40,446 bases of DNA from Candidatus Melainabacteria bacterium (GCA_016178265.1 JACOTS010000052.1:1-40446), one strand, 5' to 3'. Numbered from the stretch's first letter, positions 15,504-24,881 are shown. Numbers and translations are program-made. Notes: generated from the sequence alone by a model not told the origin.

Positions 15504-15601
15504 GAATAAATTAGGGCTATCCTCGTTTATCTAATAAAAGCAGGTATTAACCCTTAACCTTCCATAATGTACACTTAACTGCAATATGCGAAAGTTCTCC
15601 T

Positions 15602-16372
15602 ATGAATATTGAGAACACAATTAAAATTTTAGCTATAAGTTTGATACTAACTGTATCTTTCCCAAATTCATCTTACGCATTATCAGATAATCCTATTTTT
15701 GTTGAAATTTCAACTCAGTGGTGTGGTGCATGCAAAATGCTTGAACCAACTGTTGAACAGCTTAAAGGAGAATATGGAGGAAAAGTTACTTTTCTTAAGT
15801 TAGATGCAACAAATGAAGAAACAGTACTTGCATCTGTTGCAATAGCTGAACAATACGGTGTTTCTGAGTTCTTTTTAAATAATAGAGATGCATTCCCACG
15901 AATTGGAATATTTTGCAGTACAAGTGCAACTCCTGATCACAACTTACTTGGTGCACTTAGCATAGATTCATTTAGAGCAATCTTAAATGGTCTTGCTCTT
16001 GAAGGGGGGGTATGCAGTTTATCTGACTCTGGATCCCCAAAACAAGCCGATCTTGGTCCAGGAAGACCAGGTGAAGCAGAATATGAAGAAGTGCTTGGCG
16101 GAAGACCAGATATACCTTTACTATCTGACAGACCAAAGCTTCCTGTAATTTCAGGAAGACCACCAGAATTATCCTTCTGGCAAGCAGGAGGTCCCATCCC
16201 TTTCTATGCATATTTTCAATTTTGGGTTTTACCAGAATGCACAGGTGATATTAATGTTATTTGCAGCAACTTCGGATTAGAAGAAAACAAAGATGAGGTT
16301 CCTACTTTTAAACCATGGAATCCAAATACAACTAGAAATGAAAAAGAATTTAACGGATTAAAGAAAGGATAA
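15602..16372 (+). CDS. secreted thioredoxin-like protein with a C-terminal GRP-repeat extension
   Basis: Signal peptide, a WCGAC redox motif in a thioredoxin-like context, then four (G/D)RP-containing repeats 9-13 aa apart and a Trp/Phe-rich tail. Confidence 0.65.
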   Translation: MNIENTIKILAISLILTVSFPNSSYALSDNPIFVEISTQWCGACKMLEPTVEQLKGEYGGKVTFLKLDATNEETVLASVAIAEQYGVSEFFLNNRDAFPRIGIFCSTSATPDHNLLGALSIDSFRAILNGLALEGGVCSLSDSGSPKQADLGPGRPGEAEYEEVLGGRPDIPLLSDRPKLPVISGRPPELSFWQAGGPIPFYAYFQFWVLPECTGDINVICSNFGLEENKDEVPTFKPWNPNTTRNEKEFNGLKKG

Positions 16373-16376
16373 TTAC

Positions 16377-16673
16377 ATGCTTAGATTATTTACAACATTA
16401 TCAATTGCTATCTTACTAAGCATAGGACATGTGCAAGCAGAAGAAATTGTTGAAAACAATTTACCATTATTTGTTACCATCACTGCTAAATGGTGTACAA
16501 GTTGTCAAAGTTTAAAACCAATAGTTGAAGAACTAGTGCCGATTGTTGGTGTATTTTGTGGTGCTAAAGACACGGCTATCAAAGAGTTTCAAGCACAAAC
16601 AGAAAAAGGGATTTATCAAGCATACCTAGACAATTTAGTAATTAACGGCACTCAGATTTGTAGTTTAAAATAA
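16377..16673 (+). CDS. secreted thioredoxin-like paralogue with an internal deletion
   Basis: Signal peptide and a WCTSC motif. It aligns to the upstream paralogue but lacks about 45 residues of the fold after VEEL. Starts 4 nt after the previous stop. Confidence 0.45.
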   Translation: MLRLFTTLSIAILLSIGHVQAEEIVENNLPLFVTITAKWCTSCQSLKPIVEELVPIVGVFCGAKDTAIKEFQAQTEKGIYQAYLDNLVINGTQICSLK

Positions 16674-16681
16674 AGAGAATA

Positions 16682-16714
16682 AAAAAAACGACCTCTAGTG
16701 CAGGTCGTTTTTTA
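16682..16714. terminator. bidirectional rho-independent terminator
   Basis: A-run, CGACCT (16689-16694), 7-nt loop, AGGTCG (16702-16707), T-run. It sits between convergent genes. Confidence 0.75.
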
Positions 16715-16744
16715 AAGTTCTATTCAATTAGTGCAGGCAAAATA

Positions 16745-17047
16745 TTACTTGCAGTGTTTTGCAACAAGCTTGGTCATTTCAAACATATTGACTTTGCTTC
16801 TTCCATTGAACACCAGCTTCAATGCTGCATCAGCATTAATATTTCTCCTGTTTTTTGCATCTTGCAAACCTTTTTTCTTTATGTAAGCCCAGATCCTCTT
16901 TGTGATTTCTGTTCTTGGAATTGGTTTGCTACCTACTACTTCAGCTAGTGCCTTATCTGGCTGTAGCGGTTTCATAAATGCTTTATTTGGTGTCCTTGCA
17001 CCTTTTTTCTTTGCTGTACTCTTTGATTTAGATTTCTTTGTAGCCAT
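16745..17047 (-). CDS. SWIB/MDM2 domain protein with a basic N-terminal tail
   Basis: Lys-rich tail, then LQPDKALAEVVGSKPIPRTEITKRIWAYIKKKGLQD...MFEMTKLV, the typical SWIB domain. RBS GGAG. Confidence 0.8.
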   Translation of the reverse strand: MATKKSKSKSTAKKKGARTPNKAFMKPLQPDKALAEVVGSKPIPRTEITKRIWAYIKKKGLQDAKNRRNINADAALKLVFNGRSKVNMFEMTKLVAKHCK

Positions 17048-17197
17048 AATATTTTTTTCTCCTCTCTTATATTCTGGTTACTGCCAACCACATTATACAC
17101 GGAGTCATCCTATAGCTGGCAATCTAGTACATAGAAGATAGCACATATTTACTTCTTGTTCTAGTCTACATGAATACACTGTGACCAGTATTTTCAT

Positions 17198-17231
17198 AGA
17201 GAAACAAGGGGCTTTCTTATAGAAAACCCCT
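17198..17231 (-). terminator. candidate rho-independent terminator after the Cys-rich protein gene
   Basis: Minus strand: AGGGG-U-UUUC, loop UAUAA, GAAA-G-CCCCU, followed by UGUUUCUCU. Confidence 0.4.
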
Positions 17232-17306
17232 CTGAAAATCACTATTTTGTCACTGAAACTCTATTTCTATCTATTGCTCTTACGCAGTAATCAAACTCTG
17301 TCTTAC

Positions 17307-17663
17307 CTAATTAACTGCCATGTCCCAAATACAAGAGCACTCATGCTCTTTTACATTTTCATACCTTGTGCTTCTACCTGGACATTTTTCATCTTTTTCT
17401 ACGTCTAAATTAGCATCTGGACAACTATCAGCACACCACTTTGCTTCCATTTCTGGGCACTCATCTTCATATGCTCTTTCTTGACCTGTTGCACTAAGCT
17501 CCCGACCATTTCCTGCTGAATCCTCTGTTGTCCAGTGTGCATTACACTTACAAAACCCTAAGGGGTCATTTAAAGCATGATGTGCCTTAGCCTCACTAGT
17601 AGAAAACCACACAAAAGTAATAAAAACTATGGTAAATATAACAAAAAGTATCCTTGGCATCAT
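17307..17663 (-). CDS. small secreted Cys-rich hypothetical protein
   Basis: Signal peptide (…STSEA/KA), multiple Cys in CxC and CxxxC spacings, acidic. No family recognised. Confidence 0.5.
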   Translation of the reverse strand: MMPRILFVIFTIVFITFVWFSTSEAKAHHALNDPLGFCKCNAHWTTEDSAGNGRELSATGQERAYEDECPEMEAKWCADSCPDANLDVEKDEKCPGRSTRYENVKEHECSCIWDMAVN

Positions 17664-17934
17664 ATTTTCACATATACCCCATAGTGAAAAATATTACACT
17701 AGAAAGTTCATAAATTTCCTTTCATCTATATGATCTATCCATGAGTTTACTAACTAATAAGAGCTATATTGACGATTAAAAAATTTAAAGAAAACCACTC
17801 AAAATTCACACTAATTCAGCTTTTTCCTATAAGTTTAGAAACTTTTAAGGTTATCCCTATCTGAATTTAACCAAGATTTAAACATACCTCTGTAAATTTT
17901 CCTCAATAAAGAGAAAAAGTCATTTGGAGATTAT

Positions 17935-18387
17935 ATGCCCCGTAATCCTTTCCTAACTGTAGCGCTAAATGGCAGAAGATTTGATCTGCAAGAGAAGCGA
18001 AGTTATAGAACTCTTCTTATGAGTGAGCTTTCAGAAGTAGCATTTCTTAGAAATTTCATAAATACATGGGCAAATAGCAGCTACCAGGCAGCAGTAGACT
18101 CGCTTCCAGATGATGATCCAGCAACCACAGACGTAAATGAAAGTGTATCAGTAGATGATATTAAAGAGCTTGCAGGTAAACTTTTTGGATCAGGTTTTGA
18201 TTTTCCTGATAGTGATGGAGAAGCTGATGCTATTCAAGAATGGTTAGAAGAAAACAAGCAAATGGTTAAAGAAAGAATTTTTACCATTTATGGAAAAGTA
18301 AGAGCAATGGATATGGATATAGGTGGTATTGAAACTGATATTAAAAATTTAGAAGCTATACAGAAAAATGACGGTAAGGAAATATAA
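17935..18387 (+). CDS. hypothetical acidic protein (150 aa)
   Basis: Track ORF with coding-like composition. No family recognised. Confidence 0.45.
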   Translation: MPRNPFLTVALNGRRFDLQEKRSYRTLLMSELSEVAFLRNFINTWANSSYQAAVDSLPDDDPATTDVNESVSVDDIKELAGKLFGSGFDFPDSDGEADAIQEWLEENKQMVKERIFTIYGKVRAMDMDIGGIETDIKNLEAIQKNDGKEI

Positions 18388-18489
18388 AGTACTAATAAAT
18401 CTCTCTATATTTACCATTTAATTAGAATTTCGACTTATAAACATTGTAAAATATAACTTTGTTTGGTCATTTATAAGCTAGGTATTTCA

Positions 18490-19818
18490 TTGATTAAAAG
18501 ATATACACGCCCCATATTTGAAAAGCTTTGGTCAGAGGAGAATAAGTATGCGATCTGGCTTGAAGTAGAGCTTGCTGCATGTGAAGCAAGTGCAGAATTT
18601 GATCAAATCCCTCAAGAAGCTATTAAAAAAATTAAGGAAAAAGCCAAAATCAATATAAAACGAATTGAGGAATTAGACACAGAAGTTCATCATGATGTAA
18701 TAGCATTTTTAAGCAGTCTTACTGAACAAATTGGAAATGAGGGAAGATTCCTGCATCTTGGAATGACAAGCTCAGATTTGATTGATACCGCTTTTGCAAT
18801 TTTACTTAGAGATGCCGGAAAAGAAATATTAAAAGGGCTTGATCTTCTACTTGAAGCATTTAAGACAAAAGCAATTGAACATAAAAATATAATTTGTATA
18901 GGAAGAACACATGGGGTTCATGCTGAACCAACTACTTTTGGACTAAAACTGCTTAATTTTTATGAGGATTTAAAGAGAGTAAAAGAAAGATTTGAAAAAT
19001 CAACAGATGATATTAGTGTAGGTATGTTTTCTGGTGCTGTAGGCACTTATGCAAACTTTGACCCTAAGATTGAAGAGATAGCGCTTAAAAAACTAGGACT
19101 AAAGCCTGTGCCAATATCTACACAAGTAATAAGCAGAGAAAGGCATGCAGCTTACATAACAAATCTGGCACTAATTGCATCAGTTATTGAAAAAATAGCT
19201 ACTGAGTTAAGACACTTGCAAAGAACCGAAGTATTGGAAGTAGAAGAACCTTTCTATAAAGGCCAAAAAGGCTCTTCTGCAATGCCACATAAAAGAAATC
19301 CTTGGAAGCTAGAAAACTTATGTGGGCTAGCAAGATTAGTAAGATCTTATGCAATATCTTCTATGGAAAATGTAACTCTTTGGCATGAAAGAGATATAAG
19401 CCACAGCTCAGTTGAAAGGATTATTTTCCCTGATTCAACTACACTTGTTGATTTTATGGTTCACAGACTATATGAAATAATTTCAAAACTAAATATTTAT
19501 CCTGAAAATATGAAAGAAAATATGTTTAGATTTGGCGGGGTGGTTTTTTCCCAAACGGTTTTACTAAAACTGGTTGAAAAAGGATTAGAGCGAGAAAATG
19601 CATATAAGCTTATCCAGGACAATGCGCTAGCTGCATGGAATAAGAAAGATGGTAATTTTAAGCAAAATATACTTACTGACAGTAAGATCACCAATATATT
19701 GTCTAAAGAAGAAATAAACGACTGTTTTAACCCTGAAAAGCACCTTAAAAACATAGATTCAATATTTAATAGGGTCCTTAACGTTGAATCTAAAAAAGAA
19801 AAATCCCTTGCACTTTAA
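18490..19818 (+). CDS. purB: adenylosuccinate lyase
   Basis: (M)IKRYTRPIFEKLWSEENKY matches the canonical PurB N-terminus. SSAMPHKRNP signature. The in-frame TTG at 18490 is preferred over the track TTG at 18463. Confidence 0.9.
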   Translation: MIKRYTRPIFEKLWSEENKYAIWLEVELAACEASAEFDQIPQEAIKKIKEKAKINIKRIEELDTEVHHDVIAFLSSLTEQIGNEGRFLHLGMTSSDLIDTAFAILLRDAGKEILKGLDLLLEAFKTKAIEHKNIICIGRTHGVHAEPTTFGLKLLNFYEDLKRVKERFEKSTDDISVGMFSGAVGTYANFDPKIEEIALKKLGLKPVPISTQVISRERHAAYITNLALIASVIEKIATELRHLQRTEVLEVEEPFYKGQKGSSAMPHKRNPWKLENLCGLARLVRSYAISSMENVTLWHERDISHSSVERIIFPDSTTLVDFMVHRLYEIISKLNIYPENMKENMFRFGGVVFSQTVLLKLVEKGLERENAYKLIQDNALAAWNKKDGNFKQNILTDSKITNILSKEEINDCFNPEKHLKNIDSIFNRVLNVESKKEKSLAL

Positions 19819-19966
19819 TGCAAAGGTTAAATACTTAACCTATAGCTATTTTAGGTAGAAAGTACTATCTTATATATCGTTAAGAGATATAATGAAAAAA
19901 AATTTATCAACCTTTTAGTTTAAATTTGAATTAAGGATTGACAAAGAAGTGGTTAAAAGAATACTA

Positions 19967-20242
19967 ATGGCAAGATTTTTTGATTCAGCAAATGAATCAG
20001 TAAAAAGATCAAACTATAGCTCAGACATTCTAGAAGCCTTTGATCTTATCCAAGCAATTTCTTGTTACAGATACTTCCCAACTGTTGACGAATGCATTAA
20101 AGCATTTCCAAACCTTGAACAAGAAAAACATAAGGTTGAGTATATATGGGAGCAGTTTAAAGGTTTATCAAACGAACAACTAAGTGACATTTTCATCTCA
20201 TCACTAAGCAAGATTGATGTATCAAATGCAATAACTAATTAA
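19967..20242 (+). CDS. hypothetical protein (about 91 aa)
   Basis: Track ORF 19949..20242, with the first ATG at 19967. No family recognised. Confidence 0.35.
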   Translation: MARFFDSANESVKRSNYSSDILEAFDLIQAISCYRYFPTVDECIKAFPNLEQEKHKVEYIWEQFKGLSNEQLSDIFISSLSKIDVSNAITN

Positions 20243-20305
20243 TATCCCTTTGTTTTTGTTACTGCCTACCTAACACTAGAAGTTCCAACTAAACTACTAC
20301 AAGGT

Positions 20306-20420
20306 AAGATTTTATCCGATTTATTCGGTAAAATCTTGATAGCAATGCTAAGAAGTACATAATATGTGCACTTTGCAAAACCGGCGCAGCTCATTCGTGA
20401 GCAAGCCGGTGGTAGGCAAA
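20306..20420 (+). repeat. structured repeat cassette, type 2 (long variant)
   Basis: H 20306-20337 (AAGAUUUUA-U-CCGA-UUUAU-UCGG-UAAAAUCUU), a middle block homologous to 14835-14877, and S 20380-20410 (ACCGG..GCTCA-TTCG-TGAGC..CCGGT). Followed by GGTAGGCAAAAA. Confidence 0.8.
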
Positions 20421-20511
20421 AATATCCCTTTATTACGCCTAATTCTACATATTTAGTGATTATCTAATAAAAAGAAACTCAAGTAAATTTTTTACCGTCT
20501 TACTTTAAGTT

Positions 20512-21114
20512 ATGGCAGGATCTGAAAAAAATGTTCTTACAAACGATCAAAAAAGTAAAATCAAAGAGCTTTTGCTAATAATTTTTAGAGATATTTGTTT
20601 TAATAGCTCTAATGTTTTAAGAGCAAAAGAAGAATCAGATCAGGTATCCGATAAAATAAGAAAATTTATCTTAAGCTATGTCGAAACCAATAAACCTGTA
20701 GATGAAGTCAATTTGTTTTTAAAAGCAAAAGATATGGGTTTGCAATTAGTAGAAAGTCACGAGTTAATCTTTTTTGATGAAGATATAGATCCTATACTTA
20801 AAATGCGTGCATTTCTGATTCCAGGAATGAAAATTGATCTTACAGAAGAAAATGCCAGCGATAAAGTAACAGAAGATGATTTACAGACTATTGATCACGA
20901 GCTTTGTATTAGTTTTAAGAAAGATGATATAAATGACTTCACGAAGCTTGGAAATCTTTTGGACATAAGAGCTAATCTTGCAAAACCTTTAGGTCAAACT
21001 TCGCAGGACAAGAAAGAAGTAGAAGGCATAATAAGCGAAAGCAAGCTATTTGCACAATGCCTGGAAATGGTATTAGATTCAGCAAGAAGTGTAATTAGTG
21101 AAAAAGATACTTAA
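20512..21114 (+). CDS. hypothetical protein (200 aa)
   Basis: Track ORF with an ATG start. No family recognised. Its stop overlaps the convergent ferritin-like gene. Confidence 0.45.
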   Translation: MAGSEKNVLTNDQKSKIKELLLIIFRDICFNSSNVLRAKEESDQVSDKIRKFILSYVETNKPVDEVNLFLKAKDMGLQLVESHELIFFDEDIDPILKMRAFLIPGMKIDLTEENASDKVTEDDLQTIDHELCISFKKDDINDFTKLGNLLDIRANLAKPLGQTSQDKKEVEGIISESKLFAQCLEMVLDSARSVISEKDT

Positions 21115-21587
21115 CGAGCTCGATGACCATCTAATACCATCAGATCCTCATTAGAGGTTCTAAGATATTTTTCCATTTCGTCAACATGCTGTTGCTCATC
21201 AACAACAATTTGTTCAAGCATTAGTTTCATAGGAAGATTATCATCACCGAATACTTTTAATTGATCTATATATAACTGAAGTTGTTTCTTCTCTGCTTGT
21301 AAATCTTCTGCAATCATATCCTCAAGTGATTGATAACCAGGTTCAAAAACTTGTTCAACTTTTACTGTAGGATGACCACCAAGCGCTGTAATTTTTTCAC
21401 CAAGTTGAATTGCATGGGTCATTGATTCCGTTGCTTGTGTTCTAAACATTTGTACAAGAGGCCCTCTATTAGGTCCAAAAACAATAAAAGAATGATGCAA
21501 ATATCTGACTATACCTGCCATTTCTTTTTCCAAATCTTTATTTAAAGCTTTTATCAACTCTTCATTTGTTCCGTGTTTTGCAGCCAT
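21111..21587 (-). CDS. ferritin-like (bacterioferritin/Dps-superfamily) protein
   Basis: Four-helix-bundle di-iron ligand pattern (E..Y..H ... ESMTHA ... DEQQHVDEMEKYL). The ATG at 21587 has AGGAG upstream; the track start at 21647 is less likely. Confidence 0.7.
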   Translation of the reverse strand: MAAKHGTNEELIKALNKDLEKEMAGIVRYLHHSFIVFGPNRGPLVQMFRTQATESMTHAIQLGEKITALGGHPTVKVEQVFEPGYQSLEDMIAEDLQAEKKQLQLYIDQLKVFGDDNLPMKLMLEQIVVDEQQHVDEMEKYLRTSNEDLMVLDGHRAR

Positions 21588-21674
21588 AGTTTCTCTCCTT
21601 AATTCATTTAATACTAGTAATCTTATTCTCTCAGAAGAAAAAACCAATATCTATTCAATGATAATCTTTATCAT

Positions 21675-23063
21675 TTAGCCTTCTACTGTAGTAGAAAGTT
21701 TTATTTTATCTTTTAAAGCAGTTTCATATAAATCTATATACTTTTTAGCACAAGATGTAATGCTAGAATCAAGCCCCATAACATTTTTAACAATAGAAGG
21801 CCATTTTTCTCTATCCTTATACAACTTAATTGCTCTTTGAATTGCAGTTAGAACCAAGTCTTTATTTAGTTTTTCTATTAAGAACCCATTTGAATTATTA
21901 TCAGTAGAATTATCAATTATAATCTCCCCTGCTGCTGAACTTTGAAGTGCTATAGGAACTGCTCCATATTTCATTGCTATTTGCAATGGAATGATTGAGG
22001 GATCACTTCTATCAAGACAAACTAAGAAATCCGAGCCAGAAAAAATTCTTTTCTTCATTGAGAAATCATTAACTATTTTTAAATTTCCAAATTGTTTAGA
22101 TATTTCTGTTAATTTGCTATTTAGATAATATTCCTTTTCACATAAAGTTACTATCTGTAAATTAAAATTTAAGCATTTTGTTAATATTTCAATTAAAATA
22201 TCTCCTTCTAATTTGGAATTAACATTTGGTAGTAGTGCAAATAAGGGCAAACTAACATCGTCAAATAAATCTAGTCCCCTTAACAAACTTTCTTTGCACT
22301 TCCTCTTACCAATAGAAAAATATGCTTTTGAGAAGTTTTGAGTTATTTCAGAATCTGTTTCGGAATTATAAGTAAAATTATCAATCCCACATAGAATTCC
22401 TTGAAAATTATCCTTCTTTCCTAAAAGCAATTCTTTTATCAGAGCATATTTTGAATCAGACAATATTTCTTCTGCATGAGATTGTGATAATGTAGTTACA
22501 AAACTTGCACTTACAATTAAGTCTCTTAGAGATTCAGTAAGGTTATTTAAAAGATGCTCTCCGCTTAAAAACGAAAAAACAAACTTAGTATCTTGATATT
22601 TTCTATATTCAAATGACTCGTTAATGAGCTGGACACAAGAAGCAGTATAAGGATGAATAAAATGAATAATGTCTGGTTTAACTTTTAGTGAATTTAATAC
22701 ACTCAGAGATCCATTACAAAAGTAATTAAATCTTTTACAGTCCTCGTTGCTATTTAGATATACTGTTTTTGAGTTGCTAAAATAATTTTGATTGTCTATT
22801 AAGAAAACACTTACTAAAGAATCAGGTAAAATTCCTTTGTAAGTAACTGCTGTTGTTTGTTTTCCCTCATAGTTAAATTTGCACTCTGTGGGAAGCCTCT
22901 CAATTAAATAATGTGCAGGATCTATTGAGCCATATCTTGGAATAATGACCTTGACATTATTGCCTTCCTTCTCAACTCCTTTAGAAAGGCCATATACAAA
23001 ATAAGATAAAGCTGAAGCTAATGTATATGGATAACATTCAGGAGCAATAAATACAATATTCAT
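21675..23063 (-). CDS. glycogen/starch-synthase-like glycosyltransferase (GT5-like), signature motifs degenerate
   Basis: MNIVFIAPECYPY...VKVIIPRYG aligns to the GlgA N-terminus. The KTGGL, R/K and E-x7-E-type motifs are substituted (see finding). The track start at 23084 is 7 codons upstream. Confidence 0.65.
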   Translation of the reverse strand: MNIVFIAPECYPYTLASALSYFVYGLSKGVEKEGNNVKVIIPRYGSIDPAHYLIERLPTECKFNYEGKQTTAVTYKGILPDSLVSVFLIDNQNYFSNSKTVYLNSNEDCKRFNYFCNGSLSVLNSLKVKPDIIHFIHPYTASCVQLINESFEYRKYQDTKFVFSFLSGEHLLNNLTESLRDLIVSASFVTTLSQSHAEEILSDSKYALIKELLLGKKDNFQGILCGIDNFTYNSETDSEITQNFSKAYFSIGKRKCKESLLRGLDLFDDVSLPLFALLPNVNSKLEGDILIEILTKCLNFNLQIVTLCEKEYYLNSKLTEISKQFGNLKIVNDFSMKKRIFSGSDFLVCLDRSDPSIIPLQIAMKYGAVPIALQSSAAGEIIIDNSTDNNSNGFLIEKLNKDLVLTAIQRAIKLYKDREKWPSIVKNVMGLDSSITSCAKKYIDLYETALKDKIKLSTTVEG

Positions 23064-23134
23064 GCATACTATTTTAACTAACAATGAAGCAAGATGCAGG
23101 AGGCTTTGAAACCTAATGAATTTAGCTAATTAAT

Positions 23135-24148
23135 CTACTGCCTTAGTGATATACCCCAATCCTTTAAGACTTGTTGTATATAATCCACCCTAATTGAGCC
23201 GCCAATATCATCTGCTCCTCTATAACCCCATGTATTAGTTCCAACAAACTCAACTACAGGTTTACCGTTTTCAATTCTGATGCTAAAAAGTCCTCCGCCA
23301 GAGTTTCCTGGATTAATAGCTGCATCAGTTTGTATATGGTGATTAATATTTAACCCTTCTGCAGCCCTATCAACATGACTTATACTGCCTATAGTTACTG
23401 TGTCCTTTTCACCAAACGGATTACCAACTGCAAAAACCGGTTCTCCGACTCTTAGGGGATGTGCTTGTATATCTCTCATCTTTATGCCTGTTACATTGTC
23501 AGGTAACTTGACATCTGGTGGAATAAAAAGCAAAGCTAAGTCATGTTCATTAGGATCAGAGTAAGCTCTATTACCACTGCTTAACATAACTGGTGCTGCA
23601 TCAAATTCAATAGGGGCTGCAAAATCAGTCCCATTATAAACTTTTATATGATACACAGCATCGCGAAACTCCCCTTTATTAAATTCATTATTTTGAGTAA
23701 CATGTCCATTAGTTAAAATAAACCTTTCTCCTCTTTCTCCCATAATAACAACACCTGAGCCAAGTCCCATCGGACCTTCTACTCTTACTGTTGATGGTGT
23801 AACTTGTGCTATCGCACCAACAATTTGATCAAGGGTTATTCTGCTTCCAAGCTCAGTATTTAATGCTTGAATTCTTTCATTCAATGAGGTTACCATTGAA
23901 GATTGTTCACCATTCAGTGCTCTTTCTTTACCTAGCATGCTATCGAGTGTTTCTATTCTTCTTGCTTGAGCACCTACATTTGCATCATTTGCTTGATTCC
24001 AAGCAATATTACCTGCAACACCAGTACCTAGGAGTCCTAGTAAAACAGCATTAACTAAAGAGGAGGCTTTACTACGCTGTGGTACTGGAGTTATTACTTT
24101 TTTAGCTGGAGCATTACTTACAGGAACTACTTTACTTACTTTTGGCAT
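23135..24148 (-). CDS. membrane-anchored trypsin-like serine protease (S1/HtrA-like, no PDZ)
   Basis: N-terminal TM segment and coiled coil, then TNGHV (His), HDLALL (Asp) and NPGNSGGGLF (Ser). Confidence 0.8.
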   Translation of the reverse strand: MPKVSKVVPVSNAPAKKVITPVPQRSKASSLVNAVLLGLLGTGVAGNIAWNQANDANVGAQARRIETLDSMLGKERALNGEQSSMVTSLNERIQALNTELGSRITLDQIVGAIAQVTPSTVRVEGPMGLGSGVVIMGERGERFILTNGHVTQNNEFNKGEFRDAVYHIKVYNGTDFAAPIEFDAAPVMLSSGNRAYSDPNEHDLALLFIPPDVKLPDNVTGIKMRDIQAHPLRVGEPVFAVGNPFGEKDTVTIGSISHVDRAAEGLNINHHIQTDAAINPGNSGGGLFSIRIENGKPVVEFVGTNTWGYRGADDIGGSIRVDYIQQVLKDWGISLRQ

Positions 24149-24534
24149 AAAAAATCCCCCTTACTCAAGCAAAGCTGCTCGAGTACATATGTTTGCACTA
24201 GAAACTAATTTTCATTCTACAGTTAAGTGAAATTTTCTTTTGCAATTTAATTGATACAAACGTAATAGATAAAAGGCAAAACTTACATTGAAAGCAAATT
24301 GAAAAATTTTTATTTCATAATTTGAATTTAGTAGATTTACTTATCAAGCTCAAAAATAAAGAAATCATAAATTTAGAGATTAATCTTAGTAAGAGGGGGG
24401 TATGTCAGTTGTCTTGATATATAGAACATTTTTTTGCTTCGTAAATTTCAAATAGTATGAAAAATCCGTTATAAAAACTTTTTGTAATAATGATAATTGA
24501 ATGTTCTTACTTTATATCTATGCTTTGCAAATCA

Positions 24535-24682
24535 TAAAAAAGGGAAGCATTGCTGCTTCCCCGCCTCTTCGACTAACGTCCATAAATAGGCCACAAGGGT
24601 CTATATGAACATACAGCAGAAATTGGACTCATAGTGTCCATCCTTCAAGACACCATCGTCTTCCTACTGACATCGTCGTCTA
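24535..24682 (-). ncRNA. candidate small RNA (about 150 nt) ending in a strong terminator
   Basis: Minus strand: extended -10 TGGTATATT (24697-24689). No ORF of useful size. Terminator GGGAAGCA-GCAA-UGCUUCCC plus U6 (24562-24536). The region is GC-richer than its surroundings. Confidence 0.4.
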
Positions 24683-24881
24683 ACAATTAATATACCAGAA
24701 CTTTGTTTATTTGTTATCACAAGGGTAAAAATCTAGGACTTTTACTAGTCCATGGTTTTAACCTTATCCAGATTTTACCGAACAACCTTTATCTAAGTTT
24801 CTAAAAAAATAGAGGATGCTTCCAAAGAATTATTTCACTGGAATGTATATTCTAAATCTGGCTGTTAAAAGAGGAGAAAAA

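Noticed and set aside
19823-19846. AGGTTAA-ATAC-TTAACCT hairpin after purB as a terminator
   Set aside because: The 7-bp stem is AT-rich and the downstream T-run is interrupted. Too weak to annotate.
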